The notes below the pieces were generated by a model. It saw only the letters and a program-made list of their open reading frames with translations, made no database searches and was not told the origin of the DNA. A stretch of 64,000 bases of DNA from Octopus vulgaris (lineage: Eukaryota), in assembly GCA_951406725.2 (NCBI GenBank), contig OX597827.1, positions 7,440,001 to 7,504,000 on the forward strand, given 5' to 3'. Below, in pieces: positions 1 to 13,246 of the stretch. The first letter of the stretch is position 1, and the number at the start of each line of letters is the position of its first letter. A program made the translations under genes and the position numbers.

Positions 1-284
1 ATTGGCCAGATAATTGGATGATATTGACAACACATCGCTGGTCACAATGCACTTCACATTGTTTTAGCCTTAGCATGATGTCAGCCCACTGGAAGGGTGA
101 GCAGGCTAATATTCCCTCTGACTGGCAAACTATTCCATTGCAGGGTTACTCATTTACAGCTGAGTAAACTGGAGTGACGTGAAATGAAGTGTTTTGCTCA
201 AGAATACATTGAGCAAATATATTGCATCAAGGGCAACTGTCATTTTCTGTAGCCTTGGGTTGATTCATAATTGGTGAGTAATTT

Positions 285-432
285 ATATATGTGAGTGTGT
301 GTGTGTATGTGTGTGTGTGCACATATACATACATACATATATACATACATACATACATACATACATCATACATACATACATACATCATACATACATACAT
401 ACATACATACATACATACATTCATACATACAT

Positions 433-464
<32 letters not shown>

Positions 465-1036
465 CATACATTCATACATACATGCATACATACATACATA
501 CATACATACATACATACATCATACATACATACATACATACATACATTCATACATACATGCATACATACATACATACATACATACATCATACATACATACA
601 TACATACATACATACATACATACATACATACATACATACATACATACATACATACATACATACATACATACATACATACATACATACATACATACATACA
701 TCATACATACATACATACATACATACATACATACATACATACATACATGCATACATACATACATACATACATACATACATACATACATACATACATACAT
801 ACATACATACATACATACATACATACATACATACATACATACATGCATGCATACATACATACATCATACATACATACATATATACATACATACATCATAC
901 ATACATACATACATACATACATGCATACATGCATACATACATACATCATACATACATACATACATACATACATACATACATACATACATACATGCATACA
1001 TGCATACATACATACATACAAACATCATACATACAA

Positions 1037-1071
<35 letters not shown>

Positions 1072-1215
1072 TGTGTATGTGTGTGTGTTTGTATGTATAT
1101 ATATTATATAAATTATATATGTTATATATATGTATATAGAATAAAAATGTATATATGCAAATATATATATATATGCATTTTTGTGGTGTGTGTATATATG
1201 TATATGTAAATATAT
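285..1215. repeat. (TACA)n/(TA)n/(TG)n compound microsatellite
   Basis: Directly visible; source of the YIHT/MYVC pseudo-ORFs. Confidence 0.97.
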
Positions 1216-1359
1216 ATAGCAGTGATCTAAACAAATTCACAGATTCGATGATAAATAATTGATAAACACTGAAAAGAAAGAAGAGAAATGACAACAGCAA
1301 TTTATTAATTATTATTATGCTATAATTAGCATCATTATTTCCCACTTTCTCTTTCTCTT

Positions 1360-1729
1360 CCTTCTCCTCCTCCTCCTCATCATCATTACTATCATCATAA
1401 TCATTATCAACACCGTCGTCCTCATCTTCATCATCTACCCTCTTCATCTTAGGGCTATTATAAATAGTGATTACAGCGATAATAATTATCGCAATTTTCA
1501 CTTCTGATTCCTCTGCCGCTGCTGCTGCTGCTGCTGTTGCAATTATCATTACCACCACCTCCACCACCACCACCACCACTAGCTTCATCATCATCACCAC
1601 TATCACTACCATCACCATCATCATCATCATCATCATCATCATTACCACTATCACCACCATCACCATCATCATCATCATCATCATCAACATCATCATCATC
1701 ATCATCATCACCACTATCACCACCATCAC

Positions 1730-1786
<57 letters not shown>

Positions 1787-1801
1787 TAACACTATCACCA
1801 C

Positions 1802-1853
<52 letters not shown>

Positions 1854-2200
1854 GTTACCACTATCACCATCATCATCATCATCATTATCATCATCATCAT
1901 TAACAGCAGCAGCAGGAGCAGCAGCAGCAGTAGCTGCATGAAGCTCATAATCATGATTACCATTCCACAAAGACCACCAACACCAACACCAACATCACAA
2001 TTCATCATGCTTATATCATCACCATCACTACCACCATCATCAGGATTATCACCACCACCACCACCACCACCACCACCACTACCACAACCACCACCATCTT
2101 TCTTCTCTTCTTTGGTTTCATCATCATCATCATCATCATTATCACTCTTGCTGCAAGTTTAGCTATTGCTGTTGTTGTTGTTGTTGTTGTTGCTATTGTT
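1360..2200. repeat. Mixed trinucleotide microsatellite (CAT/CAC/CAG/GTT)
   Basis: Directly visible; gives poly-I/S/D/M ORFs in several frames. Confidence 0.93.
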
Positions 2201-2519
2201 GTTCTCGTTCTGGTTGTTGCTGAAGAACAAATCATTTTCGAAAGAAATTTTGCAGAGATAAAGAACGAGAGAGATTGGAAAAGATAATTATTATCAAGCA
2301 AACAAACACCCACATATTCAATATATATATATACATATATATATATACACACATATACACAAGCAACACAGATATAATAGCACAAATGCAAACAACACCA
2401 AACTAAACAAACAAAAGGGGGATGTGAAAGTTAATGATTAAGAAGAAAGGATTGCTGAAAACAGAGGAAGGACTTCAGAAATGCAACAACAACAAGAAGA
2501 AGAAGAGAAACAGGAACAA

Positions 2520-3095
<576 letters not shown>

Positions 3096-3581
3096 AATGA
3101 TAAGACAAAAATGTTAATATAAATAAAAATGAACAAAACATTGTTTTGAATAAAAATGAAAAGAGAATAGAAAATTAATGACGAAAAATTAATGACAGAA
3201 TTGCAAAATAGGAAGCAGAAAACAAAACAAAAAAAAAGAAGATGTTTGTGATCTTGAAATAAAGAACTTATTGTTTGAATGAAAGAAATGGAGTGTGTTT
3301 GGGTGTCCAAGAGATGAAGAATTTCAAATGTCACCAGTGAAAGAAGGAGTTTTTGGAAGATCAGTGAAGTACGCAATATGAACTGATTGGTAAATGATGC
3401 AGTGTTTGGCGCGAGGAAGGAAAAAGCGGAGGAATTTTGTAGAAGAGAAAGAAATTGGATGACTAAGAAGAAGGCTACAAGAATTTGCTTGTCAAAACTG
3501 ACTGGACTAATTGGAGAATTACACCAAAGATAAATACTTGTTTTCTCAAAGAATGTTACAAGGAATATATATATATATACT

Positions 3582-3986
3582 CTCTTTACTCTTTTACTCT
3601 TTTACTTGTTTCAGTCATTTGACTGCAGCCATGCTGGAGCACCGCCTTTAGTCGAGCAAATCGACCCCGGGACTTATTCTTTGTAAGCCCAGTACTTATT
3701 CTATCGGTCTCTTTTGCCGAACCGCTAAGTGACGGGGACGTAAACACACCAGCATCGGTTGTCAAGCAATGCTAGGGGGACAAACACAGACACACAAATA
3801 CATACACACACATATATATACATATATACGACAGGCTTCTTTCAGTTTCCGTCTACCAAATTCACTCACAAGGCTTTGGTCGGCCCGAGGCTATAGCAGA
3901 AGACACTTGCCCAAGATGCCACGCAGTGGGACTGAACCCGGAACCATGTGGTTGATTAGCAAGCTACTTTCCACACAGCCACTCCT
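3582..3986 (-). mobile_element. tRNA-headed SINE, family A
   Basis: Minus strand has an A box (TGGCTGTGTGG), a B box (GGTTCAGTCCC), a CORE-like CTTGGGCAAG segment, an internal (TA)/(TG) tract and a (GAGTAAAA)n tail. More than 12 near-identical copies in the window. Confidence 0.9.
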
Positions 3987-4188
3987 ATATACATAAATGC
4001 ATATATATATATATATTACCCAGTATAGGTGGTGGTTATCATCTATGTTGTAATCCATTGAAATTTAGCCTTACTAGCAGTTGAAGCAGTAATATTAGCA
4101 GTAGTAATAGCTGTAGTAGTAAGTGGTCTTGTCAGTAGATGGAGTAAATAAATGGGTGGTAGTGATGGTGGTTGTGGTGTTGTTGTTG

Positions 4189-4220
<32 letters not shown>

Positions 4221-4324
4221 GGTGGTAGTAGTCGTAGGAGGAGTATGGGGAGAAGATATTAAAAACATTAAATAATGATTAGCAGATTATGCTATGTATG
4301 TGTGTGTATGTGTGTGCATGTGTA

Positions 4325-4356
<32 letters not shown>

Positions 4357-4369
4357 TATGTGTGTATGT

Positions 4370-4405
<36 letters not shown>

Positions 4406-4706
4406 CAGGAAATCAAAAAACAATATCAACTGGAAACAAAATGTAAAAATATAAAACAAATATCTGTGGAAATGCAAAGTAAAGCTTTAACACTGATTAA
4501 CAATATGATCATTTATTAATTTATTACGCATGATTTATTGGTGTATGCCATGCTGTGCATGTATCAATATGCACATACATACATATATATATGAATGTAC
4601 ATATATATATATATATATGTATATATATGTATGTGTATATATCTCTATATCTATATATCTTTCATAGTAACACATTTTCGTTTAAATATATATATATTTA
4701 TATATT

Positions 4707-4756
<50 letters not shown>

Positions 4757-4904
4757 CTTATATATACACACATGTACACCCACTATGCATACATACTAAT
4801 ATATACATATATACATTTGGAGATAGTGATGCAGATAAACATGCTAGGGATTGATATATAAAATATATATTCATACATACACACATTCATATATACATGT
4901 AAAT

Positions 4905-5325
4905 ATATATAAAGAGAAACAGAAGCTGAAAATATTCAAATGAACACTCATGTATAAGCATGTAGATGTTTATATATTTACAAAAATAAATAAATTTATA
5001 TGGAATACAAGAAATAGAGAAAATTGAGGTGAGAAGGCAATGTATTTGAAATCCAACAGCTGTTTCTAGGGCCTCAGAATTATGTAATAGTTGTAATGTT
5101 CGTAATTGACAGATGGAGTATTCAAATCTTCAAGGATATGCATCAAGTAGAGGATGCATATAATTCTGAGGACTCAGAAAAATACCTTGTCTTCTCCCCT
5201 TAGTTTTCTCCTTTTTGGTACTCCATGCAAATTTATTTATTCATTTTGTAAATATATAAACATCTATGTTTATACATGAATGCTCATTGTTTGAATATTT
5301 TCAGTTTTATTTTCTCTATATATAT
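4905..5325. mobile_element. Long imperfect inverted repeat in (TA)n, probable Penelope-like fold-back fragment
   Basis: Arms such as GATGTTTATATATTTACAAAA / TTTTGTAAATATATAAACATC and CCTCAGAATTAT / ATAATTCTGAGG. Minus strand carries GAAACAGCTGTT, a hammerhead stem-III remnant. Confidence 0.65.
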
Positions 5326-5389
5326 TCTTTCATTCTTTTATTCTTTTATATGCTTCAGTCCTGAGGCTGTGGCCATGCTGGAGCATTAT

Positions 5390-6120
5390 ACATATTTGCA
5401 TGTCCTCAGCATTCACGGCCCATGTTTTGCTGCCATGTAGCATGGCAGTTTGCACGCATGCATCATACAGTCTACGTTGCCAGCAGAGGTAGGAACTCCC
5501 TGAACTTTGCCCAGGCTATTCTTATTCTGGTTGCTACACTCTCAGGGCAACATCCCCCACTACAGACTTGGTCACCTAGGTTGCAGAAGCTATTAGCTAC
5601 TTTTGGCTTCTCCCCGTGGCATGTGATGGAATCTGTTTTCTGTACATCTTCAGTGTTTATTTCCCCAGTGCATCTGCCACACACAAAATAATTTTTCAAC
5701 CCACACCTTTCCTACAGATCGAGCAGGACCATCTACCCAAAGGGGGTTGTGATTTGACAGCCTTCCTGCTTACTAAGACTTTGGTTTTGGCTAGGTTAAC
5801 CCTAAGGACCTTAAATTCTAGACCTTCCTTCAACACCCTAAACTTCGTCTCCAGTTCTGGCAGTGATTCAGCTATTAAAGAAAGGTCATCATCATAGAGG
5901 AGCTCCCAGGGGCAGCCTGTCTTGAATTCCTCGGTTATTGCCTGGAGGACTATAATGAATAAGAGGGGGCTGAGGACTGATCTTTGGTGAACCCTTACTT
6001 CTACTCACAATTCTTCTCTATACTCGTTGTCAACCCTCACCTTAGTGACAGCATCTCTGTACAGGGCTTGTACAGCTCTTACCAGCCATTCATCTATCCC
6101 CAGTTTCCACATTGACCACC
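5390..6120 (-). pseudogene. RTE-clade LINE reverse-transcriptase fragment (disrupted)
   Basis: Translation KLGIDEWLVRAVQALY...VHQRSVLSPLLFIIVLQAITEEFKTGCPWELLYDDDL...LRVNLAKTKVL...RIRIAWAKFREFLPLL matches RT motifs and the RTE thumb; stops and deletions present. Confidence 0.88.
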
Positions 6121-6156
6121 AGATATATATATATATGTATCTTATATATATACATA

Positions 6157-6200
<44 letters not shown>

Positions 6201-6496
6201 CAGATATACAGATATAGGTATATGCATGCACAAGCATACATAAATAAGTACATTTATACACACTCATATAATGATAGTGGTTTCTGCTTTAGACACAAGG
6301 TCAAAAATATATGAGGTGGGGACTCAGTCAATTCAACTAATCCCACCACCTTACTGTAACTTTATTTATCAGCCCTCTAAAAATGACAGGAAAAGTTGAC
6401 TTCAGCAACATTTGAATGTAAGAATATAGAGAACCAGACCAAACACAAATTATTTTGTGTAACACTAAAGCATTTCTGATAACCCACCACCACAAT

Positions 6497-6885
6497 TGCC
6501 ACCATCATAATAACTCTGAGCACCTTTTCAAACTCCACCCGTCTAACACCCGTGGACATATTTACAAAGTCAGAAAACAGCACAGCTCCCATGACTTTAG
6601 GAAACATTTTTTCATGCTAAGAGTTGCTGAAGCATGGAACAAACTGCCGGCATCGGTTGTTAGTTGTCGGAGCACTGCATCCTTCAAAACTTCCATGCTT
6701 TCTGAGATTCGCCAACACTACACCTGATTTTCTCCCCTCCATACACACGCAAGCATGTATCTGACTCATGCATTGTTCGCTTTCTAGACATTTGTACATT
6801 ACTGCATATACTTTATATGCACTTTCTGACAAGTTGTGGTGCACCTGAGCACTGTATACAATAATTTCATTATTATATATTATTA
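6497..6885 (+). mobile_element. CR1-type LINE 3' fragment
   Basis: TRGHIYKVRKQ...FFMLRVAEAWNKLP is a CR1 ORF2 C-terminal signature; 3'UTR ends in (ATT)n; second copy at 47806. Confidence 0.85.
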
Positions 6886-6894
6886 TAATAATCA

Positions 6895-7095
6895 TCATAA
6901 TGGTTTCAAATTTTGGTTAAAGGCCAGCAACTTAGGGAAGTGGACCAATTTGAGACCCTAGTTTATCAACTCAAAAGGATGAAAGGCAAAGCTGATTCCA
7001 GCAGAATTTGAACTCAGGACGTGAAGAGCTGGAAAAAAATAGCACTAAGATTATTAATTGACCCAACTTGCTTATGATTTTGTCAGCTTGCTATC
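6895..7095 (-). mobile_element. SINE family B (old copy)
   Basis: GGATGAAAGGCAAAG...GAATTTGAACTCAG is the reverse complement of the family B core. Similar old minus copies at ~6285-6450 and ~7735-7950. Confidence 0.7.
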
Positions 7096-7149
7096 GTCAG
7101 AATGATGACATTTTTTTATGAAGGCAGTGAACTGAAAGAATTGTTAGCA

Positions 7150-7553
7150 GGCGCAGGAGTGGCTGTGTGGTAAGTAGCTTGCTAACCAACCACATGGTTC
7201 TGGGTTCAGTCCCACTGTGTGGAATCTTGGGCAAGTGTCTTCTGCTATAGCCCTGGGCCGACCAATGCCTTGTGAGTGGATTTGGTAGACAGAAACTGAA
7301 AGAAGCCTGTCATATATATGTATATATATATATAAGTGTGTGTGTATATGTTTGTGTGTCTGTGTTTGTCCCCCTAGCATTGCTTGACAACCGATGCTGG
7401 TGTGTTTACGTCCCCATCACTTAGCGGTTCGGCAAAAGAGACTGATAGAATAAGTACTGGGCTTACAAAGAATAAGTCCCGGGGTCGATTTGCTCGACTA
7501 AAGGCAGTACTCCAGCATGGCCGCAGTCAAATGACTGAAACAAGTAAAAGAGT
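7150..7553 (+). mobile_element. SINE family A nested in a family B copy (7121-7730)
   Basis: B head AAGGCAGTGAACTGAAAGAATTGTTAGCA is interrupted by a full A copy; B resumes with TTCTGAGTTCAAAC...GCCTTTCAACCTTTC. Confidence 0.85.
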
Positions 7554-8793
7554 ATACCGAACTAAATGATTTTGGTTCTTTGTGTTCTGAGTTCAAACAT
7601 CACCAGGGTCAGCTTTGCCTTTCAACCTTTCAGGGTCCATGAAATAAGTACCCATTGCGCAGTGGAATCAATGTAATTGACTGGTCCCCTCCCCGCAAAT
7701 TTTAGGCCTTCTGCCCACAGTAGAAAGCATATTTTTCTACTATAGGTGCAAGGCCTGAAATGGTTTGTTGGGTTGGGGTTAGACTATTATAGTGACCCCA
7801 GTGTTAAGCTGGTACTTATTATATGGAACCAAAAAAGATGAAAAGTAAAGTCAACTTAAACAGATTTTGAACTCAGAACATAAAAAGCCAGGAGAAATGT
7901 TGCTAAGCATTTTGTTTAGCGTGGTAACGATTCTACCAACCTTGCTGCCTTCATAACAAAAATAATAATAATTCCATATTGTAATGAATGTATTAATGTA
8001 TTATCAACAGCATTAGAATTGTAATTGTTTCCCATTTATTTTCATTAACAAGTGCAGTCGCAAAATGCATAACATTAGCATAAAGTGGATTAATTCTCAT
8101 TGCTATTTAAAGTTAAGGAAATAATCTGAATTCTATTTGCTGGAATTATACAACCAGATGTCCTTCATAATGTCAATCACAAACTGGGGGCAGCATCTTA
8201 ATTTATTTAAGTATACAGGGCATGCACCTCAATGTTACTTTTTCGAAGGACAGCTAATTTAAAAATTTGTAAAAGGATTTCAACTCATAGCCGATAGGTC
8301 AGCAGACAAAGATATTGACCACTCAGCCAGTATATACCACAACAGTATGATATTACTTATTCTTACCACTGGCTATTATACTGCACATTGGTGTCATTTC
8401 CAGAGTTGACAGCTTAGAAAAATGACACGTTAATAATAAATGAATCCATTTAGCTCACACTGTGAATGAATTTCTTACCTTCAACTATTACATACAGCAG
8501 TCTCTGCATGGCAACCAGACAACCATTTAAATTTCTAGTTAGGAAATGTATTGAAACTTGTGTTATGTCACTAGGAAAGATGTTAATCTTATCGCTATAA
8601 GGGAAAAGTAGATCAATGTCCTGTGTATGACAAAATTACTTAATGGAATGTTCACAGTGTGAGGAATACACACTTTTAAACATGTGCAAAACAAAATAAG
8701 GAATCTAAAGACTTAATCTGTATCCAACACCTTCCTATCACCTTTGAGTCTCTTACCTAAACTTGCACGATTCTTATTTCAATAATAATAATG

Positions 8794-8881
<88 letters not shown>

Positions 8882-8950
8882 TAATTGTTATTATTATTAT
8901 TATCCTTATTATTATTATTATTGTTGTTGTTGTTGTTGTTGTTGTTATTA

Positions 8951-11092
8951 GTATTTTCTATTAATTCCGTTTCCATTTCTAGCCAAGTGTCTTCCTGACA
9001 CCTAGGGCAGAGAAACATACTGTATACATTGGTAGGTCATTCAAATAAACACACCAGATTGCTCATTTACAAAGTCATGTGACAGAGAAAAAGAGGAAGA
9101 CAGAGAAAAAGGAAAAAAAGGAAAAATAAATAAGGTAACAAATAAAATAAAGGGGGTGAAAAAGGAAAGAAAATTCACAGCGATAATGCTCTTCTCAATA
9201 CATGTCACATACCAGTTAAGACAATCTTTTGCACTTCCTACATGCTTTCTTGATCATTCCAAGTGCTCCTACAATCATTCTTAAATAATTTTCAGTTGCT
9301 TTCTTGATCATTCCAAGTGCTCTTACAATCATTCTTAAATAATTTTCAGTTGCTTTCTTGATCATTCCAAGTGCTCCTATAATCATTCTTAAATAACTTT
9401 CAGTTGCTTTCTTGATCATTCCAAGTGCTCCTACAATCATTCTTAAATAATTATCAGTTGCTTTCTTGATCATTCCAAGTGCTCCTACAATCATTCTTAA
9501 ATAATTTTCAGTTGCTTTCTTGATCATTCCAAGCGCTCCTACAATCATTCTTAAATAACTTTCAGTTGCTTTCTTGATCATTCCAAATGCTCCTACAATC
9601 ATTCTTAAATAATCTTCAGTTGCTTTCTTGATCATTCCAAGTGCTCCTACAATCATTCTTAAATAATTTTCAGTTGCTTTCTTGATCATTCCAAGTGCTC
9701 CTACAATTATTCTTAAATAATCTTCAGTTGCTTTCTTGATCATTCCAAATGCTCCTACAATCATTCTTAAATAATTTTCAGTTGCTTTCTTGATCATTCC
9801 AAGTGCTCCTACAATCATTCTTAAATAATTTTCAGTTGCTTTCTTGATCATTCCAAGTGCTCCTACAATCATTCTTAAATAATTTTCAGTTCCTGTTTTG
9901 ATCATTCCAAGTGCTCCTACAATCATTCTTAAATAATTATCAGTTGCTTTCTTGATCATTCCAAGTGCTCCTACAATCATTCTTAAATAATTTTCAGTTG
10001 CTTTCTTGATCATTCCAAGCGCTCCTACAATCATTCTTAAATAACTTTCAGTTGCTTTCTTGATCATTCCAAATGCTCCTACAATCATTCTTAAATAATC
10101 TTCAGTTGCTTTCTTGATCATTCCAAGTGCTCCTACAATCATTCTTAAATAATTTTCAGTTGCTTTCTTGATCATTCCAAGTGCTCCTACAATTATTCTT
10201 AAATAATCTTCAGTTGCTTTCTTGATCATTCCAAATGCTCCTACAATCATTCTTAAATAATTTTCAGTTGCTTTCTTGATCATTCCAAGTGCTCCTACAA
10301 TCATTCTTAAATAATTTTCAGTTGCTTTCTTGATCATTCCAAGTGCTCCTACAATCATTCTTAAATAATTTTCAGTTCCTGTTTTGATCATTCCAAGTGC
10401 TCCTACAATCATTCTTAAATAATCTTCAGTTGCTTTCTTGATCATTCCAAATGCTCCTACAATCATTCTTAAATAATTTTCAGTTGCTTTCTTGATCATT
10501 CCAAGTGCTCCTACAATCATTCTTAAATAATTATCAGTTCCTTTTTTTGATCATTCCAAGTGCTCCTACAATCACTGGTATTGTAATCGTCTTGTGATGC
10601 CACATCTTTTTGATTTTGATTAGAAAATCTTTATATTTTCTGAGCTTATCGAATTCTTTTGCCAAGATATTATGGTCACAAGGTATGCTCTTGTCAATCA
10701 ATAAACAGACTTTATTGTTTTTGTCTTTCATAACAATATCTGGTTTATTTGCTTTGATGGTCCATTTTGTACATATTGGAAAGTCCCAATGAATGGTTAT
10801 ATTTTCTCCCTCTGTTACAGCTTCAGAGTGATTCTTGTGCCATTTGTCAGCAGTTTTGATATTATAATGCTGATGTTATCCAATGTAGATATTGGCCAAC
10901 TCTATCATATCTTGATTTGTACTCTACATGTGCTAAAACCTTACATCCAGAGATTAGGTAGTCTGCTGTTTCTATCCCACTTTGGGTCTACACCATTTTT
11001 CATCACATTGGCTTGATAGTTCCGAGTCAAAAATCTCTGATCTTGAGCAGCCAAGATAAAGCCTTCTCTCTCTGCCTTTAACCCAGTGCTGT

Positions 11093-11093
<1 letters not shown>
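8951..11093 (-). mobile_element. 5'-truncated R4/Dong-type non-LTR retrotransposon (RLE domain), disrupted, flanked by (TAA)n
   Basis: GFILAAQDQRFLTRNYQ..., ANKPDIVMKDKNNKVCLLIDKSIP...KLRKYKD...IPVIVGALG is an RT C-terminus plus PD-(D/E)xK endonuclease; homologous to 27869-28670. Confidence 0.85.
9240..10575 (-). repeat. 54-bp minisatellite, ~24 units, derived from endonuclease coding sequence (MIVGALGMIKKATENYLR)n
   Basis: ORF 9216-10520 is 23 x 18 aa plus a tail; the unit matches the RLE C-terminal IVGALGMI motif. Confidence 0.95.
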
Positions 11094-11124
<31 letters not shown>

Positions 11125-11125
11125 G

Positions 11126-11429
11126 GAGGAGACCCCCTTCGGTCATGAATGACCACGGGATTGCACCTAGAAAGTTACCCTCCAAGGCACAAGTCCAGGC
11201 AAAGTTGTTTATGGAAGGCTGGCAATCGCCCACGCATACCAGCCTCCTCTCTCCACACCACTGATGTTATCCAAGGGAAAGGCAAAGGCCGATATAGCTT
11301 GGCACCAGTGATGTCACAACTCATTTCTACAGCTGAGTTAACTGGAGCCACAAGAAATAAAGTGTCTTGCTCAAGAACACAACACACAGCCTGGTCCGAG
11401 AATCAAACTCACAACCACTGAGCCATGTG

Positions 11430-11430
<1 letters not shown>
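11126..11430 (-). mobile_element. SINE family F (tRNA head, CORE-like GTTCTTGAGCAAGACACTT)
   Basis: Near-identical copy at 31387-31657; related heads at ~60-212, 14110-14363 and 28850-29016. Confidence 0.8.
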
Positions 11431-11510
<80 letters not shown>

Positions 11511-11550
11511 TATTATTATTATAATCATTATTATTATTATTATTATTATT

Positions 11551-12025
11551 AAAGCAGTGAGCTGGTCGAATGGTTAGCACACCATGGAAAATGCAAAATG
11601 CTTAGTAGCATCTTATCTGTCCATACATTTTGAGTTCAAATTTCACAGAGGTCAACTCTGCCTTTCATCCTTTCGGAGTCAATAAAATAAATACCATTTT
11701 TAGTATTGGGATCGATGTAATCAGCTTACCCCCACCCAACAATTGCTGGTTTCTACTAAAACCTGAAATCATCATCATCATCATCATCATTATTATTATT
11801 ACTAAGGCGGTGAGCTGATAGACTTGTTAGCACGCTAAGCAAAATGCTTAGTGGTATTTCATCCGTCTGCACATTCTGGGTTCAAATTTCGCAGAGGTTG
11901 ACGTCGCCCTTTATCCTTTCAGGGGTTGATAAATTAAGTTCCAGTCGAACACTGGGGTTGCTGTAATTGACTAACACCCTTCCCCAAAATTTCTGGCCTT
12001 GTGCCAAAATTTGAAACCATTATTA
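11551..12025 (+). mobile_element. Two tandem family B SINEs
   Basis: Heads AAAGCAGTGAGCTGG (11551) and AAGGCGGTGAGCTG (11804), each with the GCCTTT(C)ATCCTTTC core and an ATT/ATC tail. Confidence 0.8.
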
Positions 12026-12073
12026 TTCTTGTTACTTTAATATCATCTTTCCCTTAACCTTTATTGAAAAATT

Positions 12074-12460
12074 GTGGAGGCGCAATGGCCCAGTGGTTAG
12101 GGTAGTGGACTCGCGGTTGTAGGATCGCGGTTTTGATTCCCAGACCGGGCGTTGTGAGTGTTTATTGAGCAGAAACACCTAAAAGCTCCACAAGGCTCCG
12201 GCAGGGGATGGTGGTGATCCCTGCTGTACTCTTTCACCACAACTTTCTCTCACTCTTACTTCCTGTTTCTATTGTACCTGTATTTCAAAGGCCCGGCCTT
12301 GTCACTCTCTGTGTCACGCTGAATATCCCTGAGAACTACGTTAAGGGTACACGTGTGTGTGGAGTGTTCAGCCACTCACACGTTAATTTCACGAGCAGGC
12401 TGTTCCGTTGATCGGATCAACCGGAACCCTCATCGTCGTAACCGACGGAGTGCTTCCATC
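12074..12460 (+). mobile_element. tRNA-derived SINE family D with 12-bp TSD
   Basis: A box TGGCCCAGTGG and B-box-like GTTTTGATTCC; TSD TATTGAAAAATT at 12062-12073 and 12461-12472. Confidence 0.92.
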
Positions 12461-12957
12461 TATTGAAAAATTAAGGTTGAGAGGTCAGCAATGACTAGAC
12501 TGAAACTAATTTTCAGAACTTGTATACTTTTAAAATTCCTTTATTAGAATGTAGCTGGCATCCCTAGATTTCTTCCAAATTTGATTAGAACCAATAAACT
12601 ATTTGTCTCATTTGCATATAGCAATAAATTTCAGGTCAATCAACTAGAATTTTAATACATTTATTTTTCTTCTGCTTATAATTTGCATTATCCGTCTAAT
12701 GCTTCCATTGGTAATATGTAGATTGAGTTAATATCTTATTCGAGTTTCAGATTATTTTTACTAACTGGGTTGACCAATAACTTGGGAGCTGAATTTGGTT
12801 GATAGGAAATGTGTGGTAGGTGACGTTGATGATAACGATTATAGTGATGCTATATGTATACATACTTGTACGTATAAATATATGCATGAATGTCTGTATC
12901 TGTGTATGCTTACCTTCATACATACTAACTGTGTGTGTGAGTGTGTGTTTGTATGTG

Positions 12958-12965
12958 TATCTATC

Positions 12966-12996
<31 letters not shown>

Positions 12997-13021
12997 CATC
13001 TATCTATCTATCTATCTATCA

Positions 13022-13085
<64 letters not shown>

Positions 13086-13094
13086 GTCTGTCTA

Positions 13095-13126
<32 letters not shown>

Positions 13127-13130
13127 TCTA

Positions 13131-13169
<39 letters not shown>

Positions 13170-13182
13170 GTCTGTCTGTTTG

Positions 13183-13243
<61 letters not shown>
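12958..13243. repeat. (TCTA)n/(TCTG)n microsatellite
   Basis: Directly visible. Confidence 0.96.
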
Positions 13244-13246
13244 ATA

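Noticed and set aside
9216-10520. 434-aa repeat ORF as a host gene, or the array as CRISPR
   Set aside because: The unit is a piece of a retrotransposon endonuclease; units are contiguous with no unique spacers; the context is eukaryotic.
12074-12150. tRNA genes at SINE heads (families A, B, D, F)
   Set aside because: A/B boxes are present, but the cloverleafs are incomplete and each continues into a repeated SINE body, some with TSDs.
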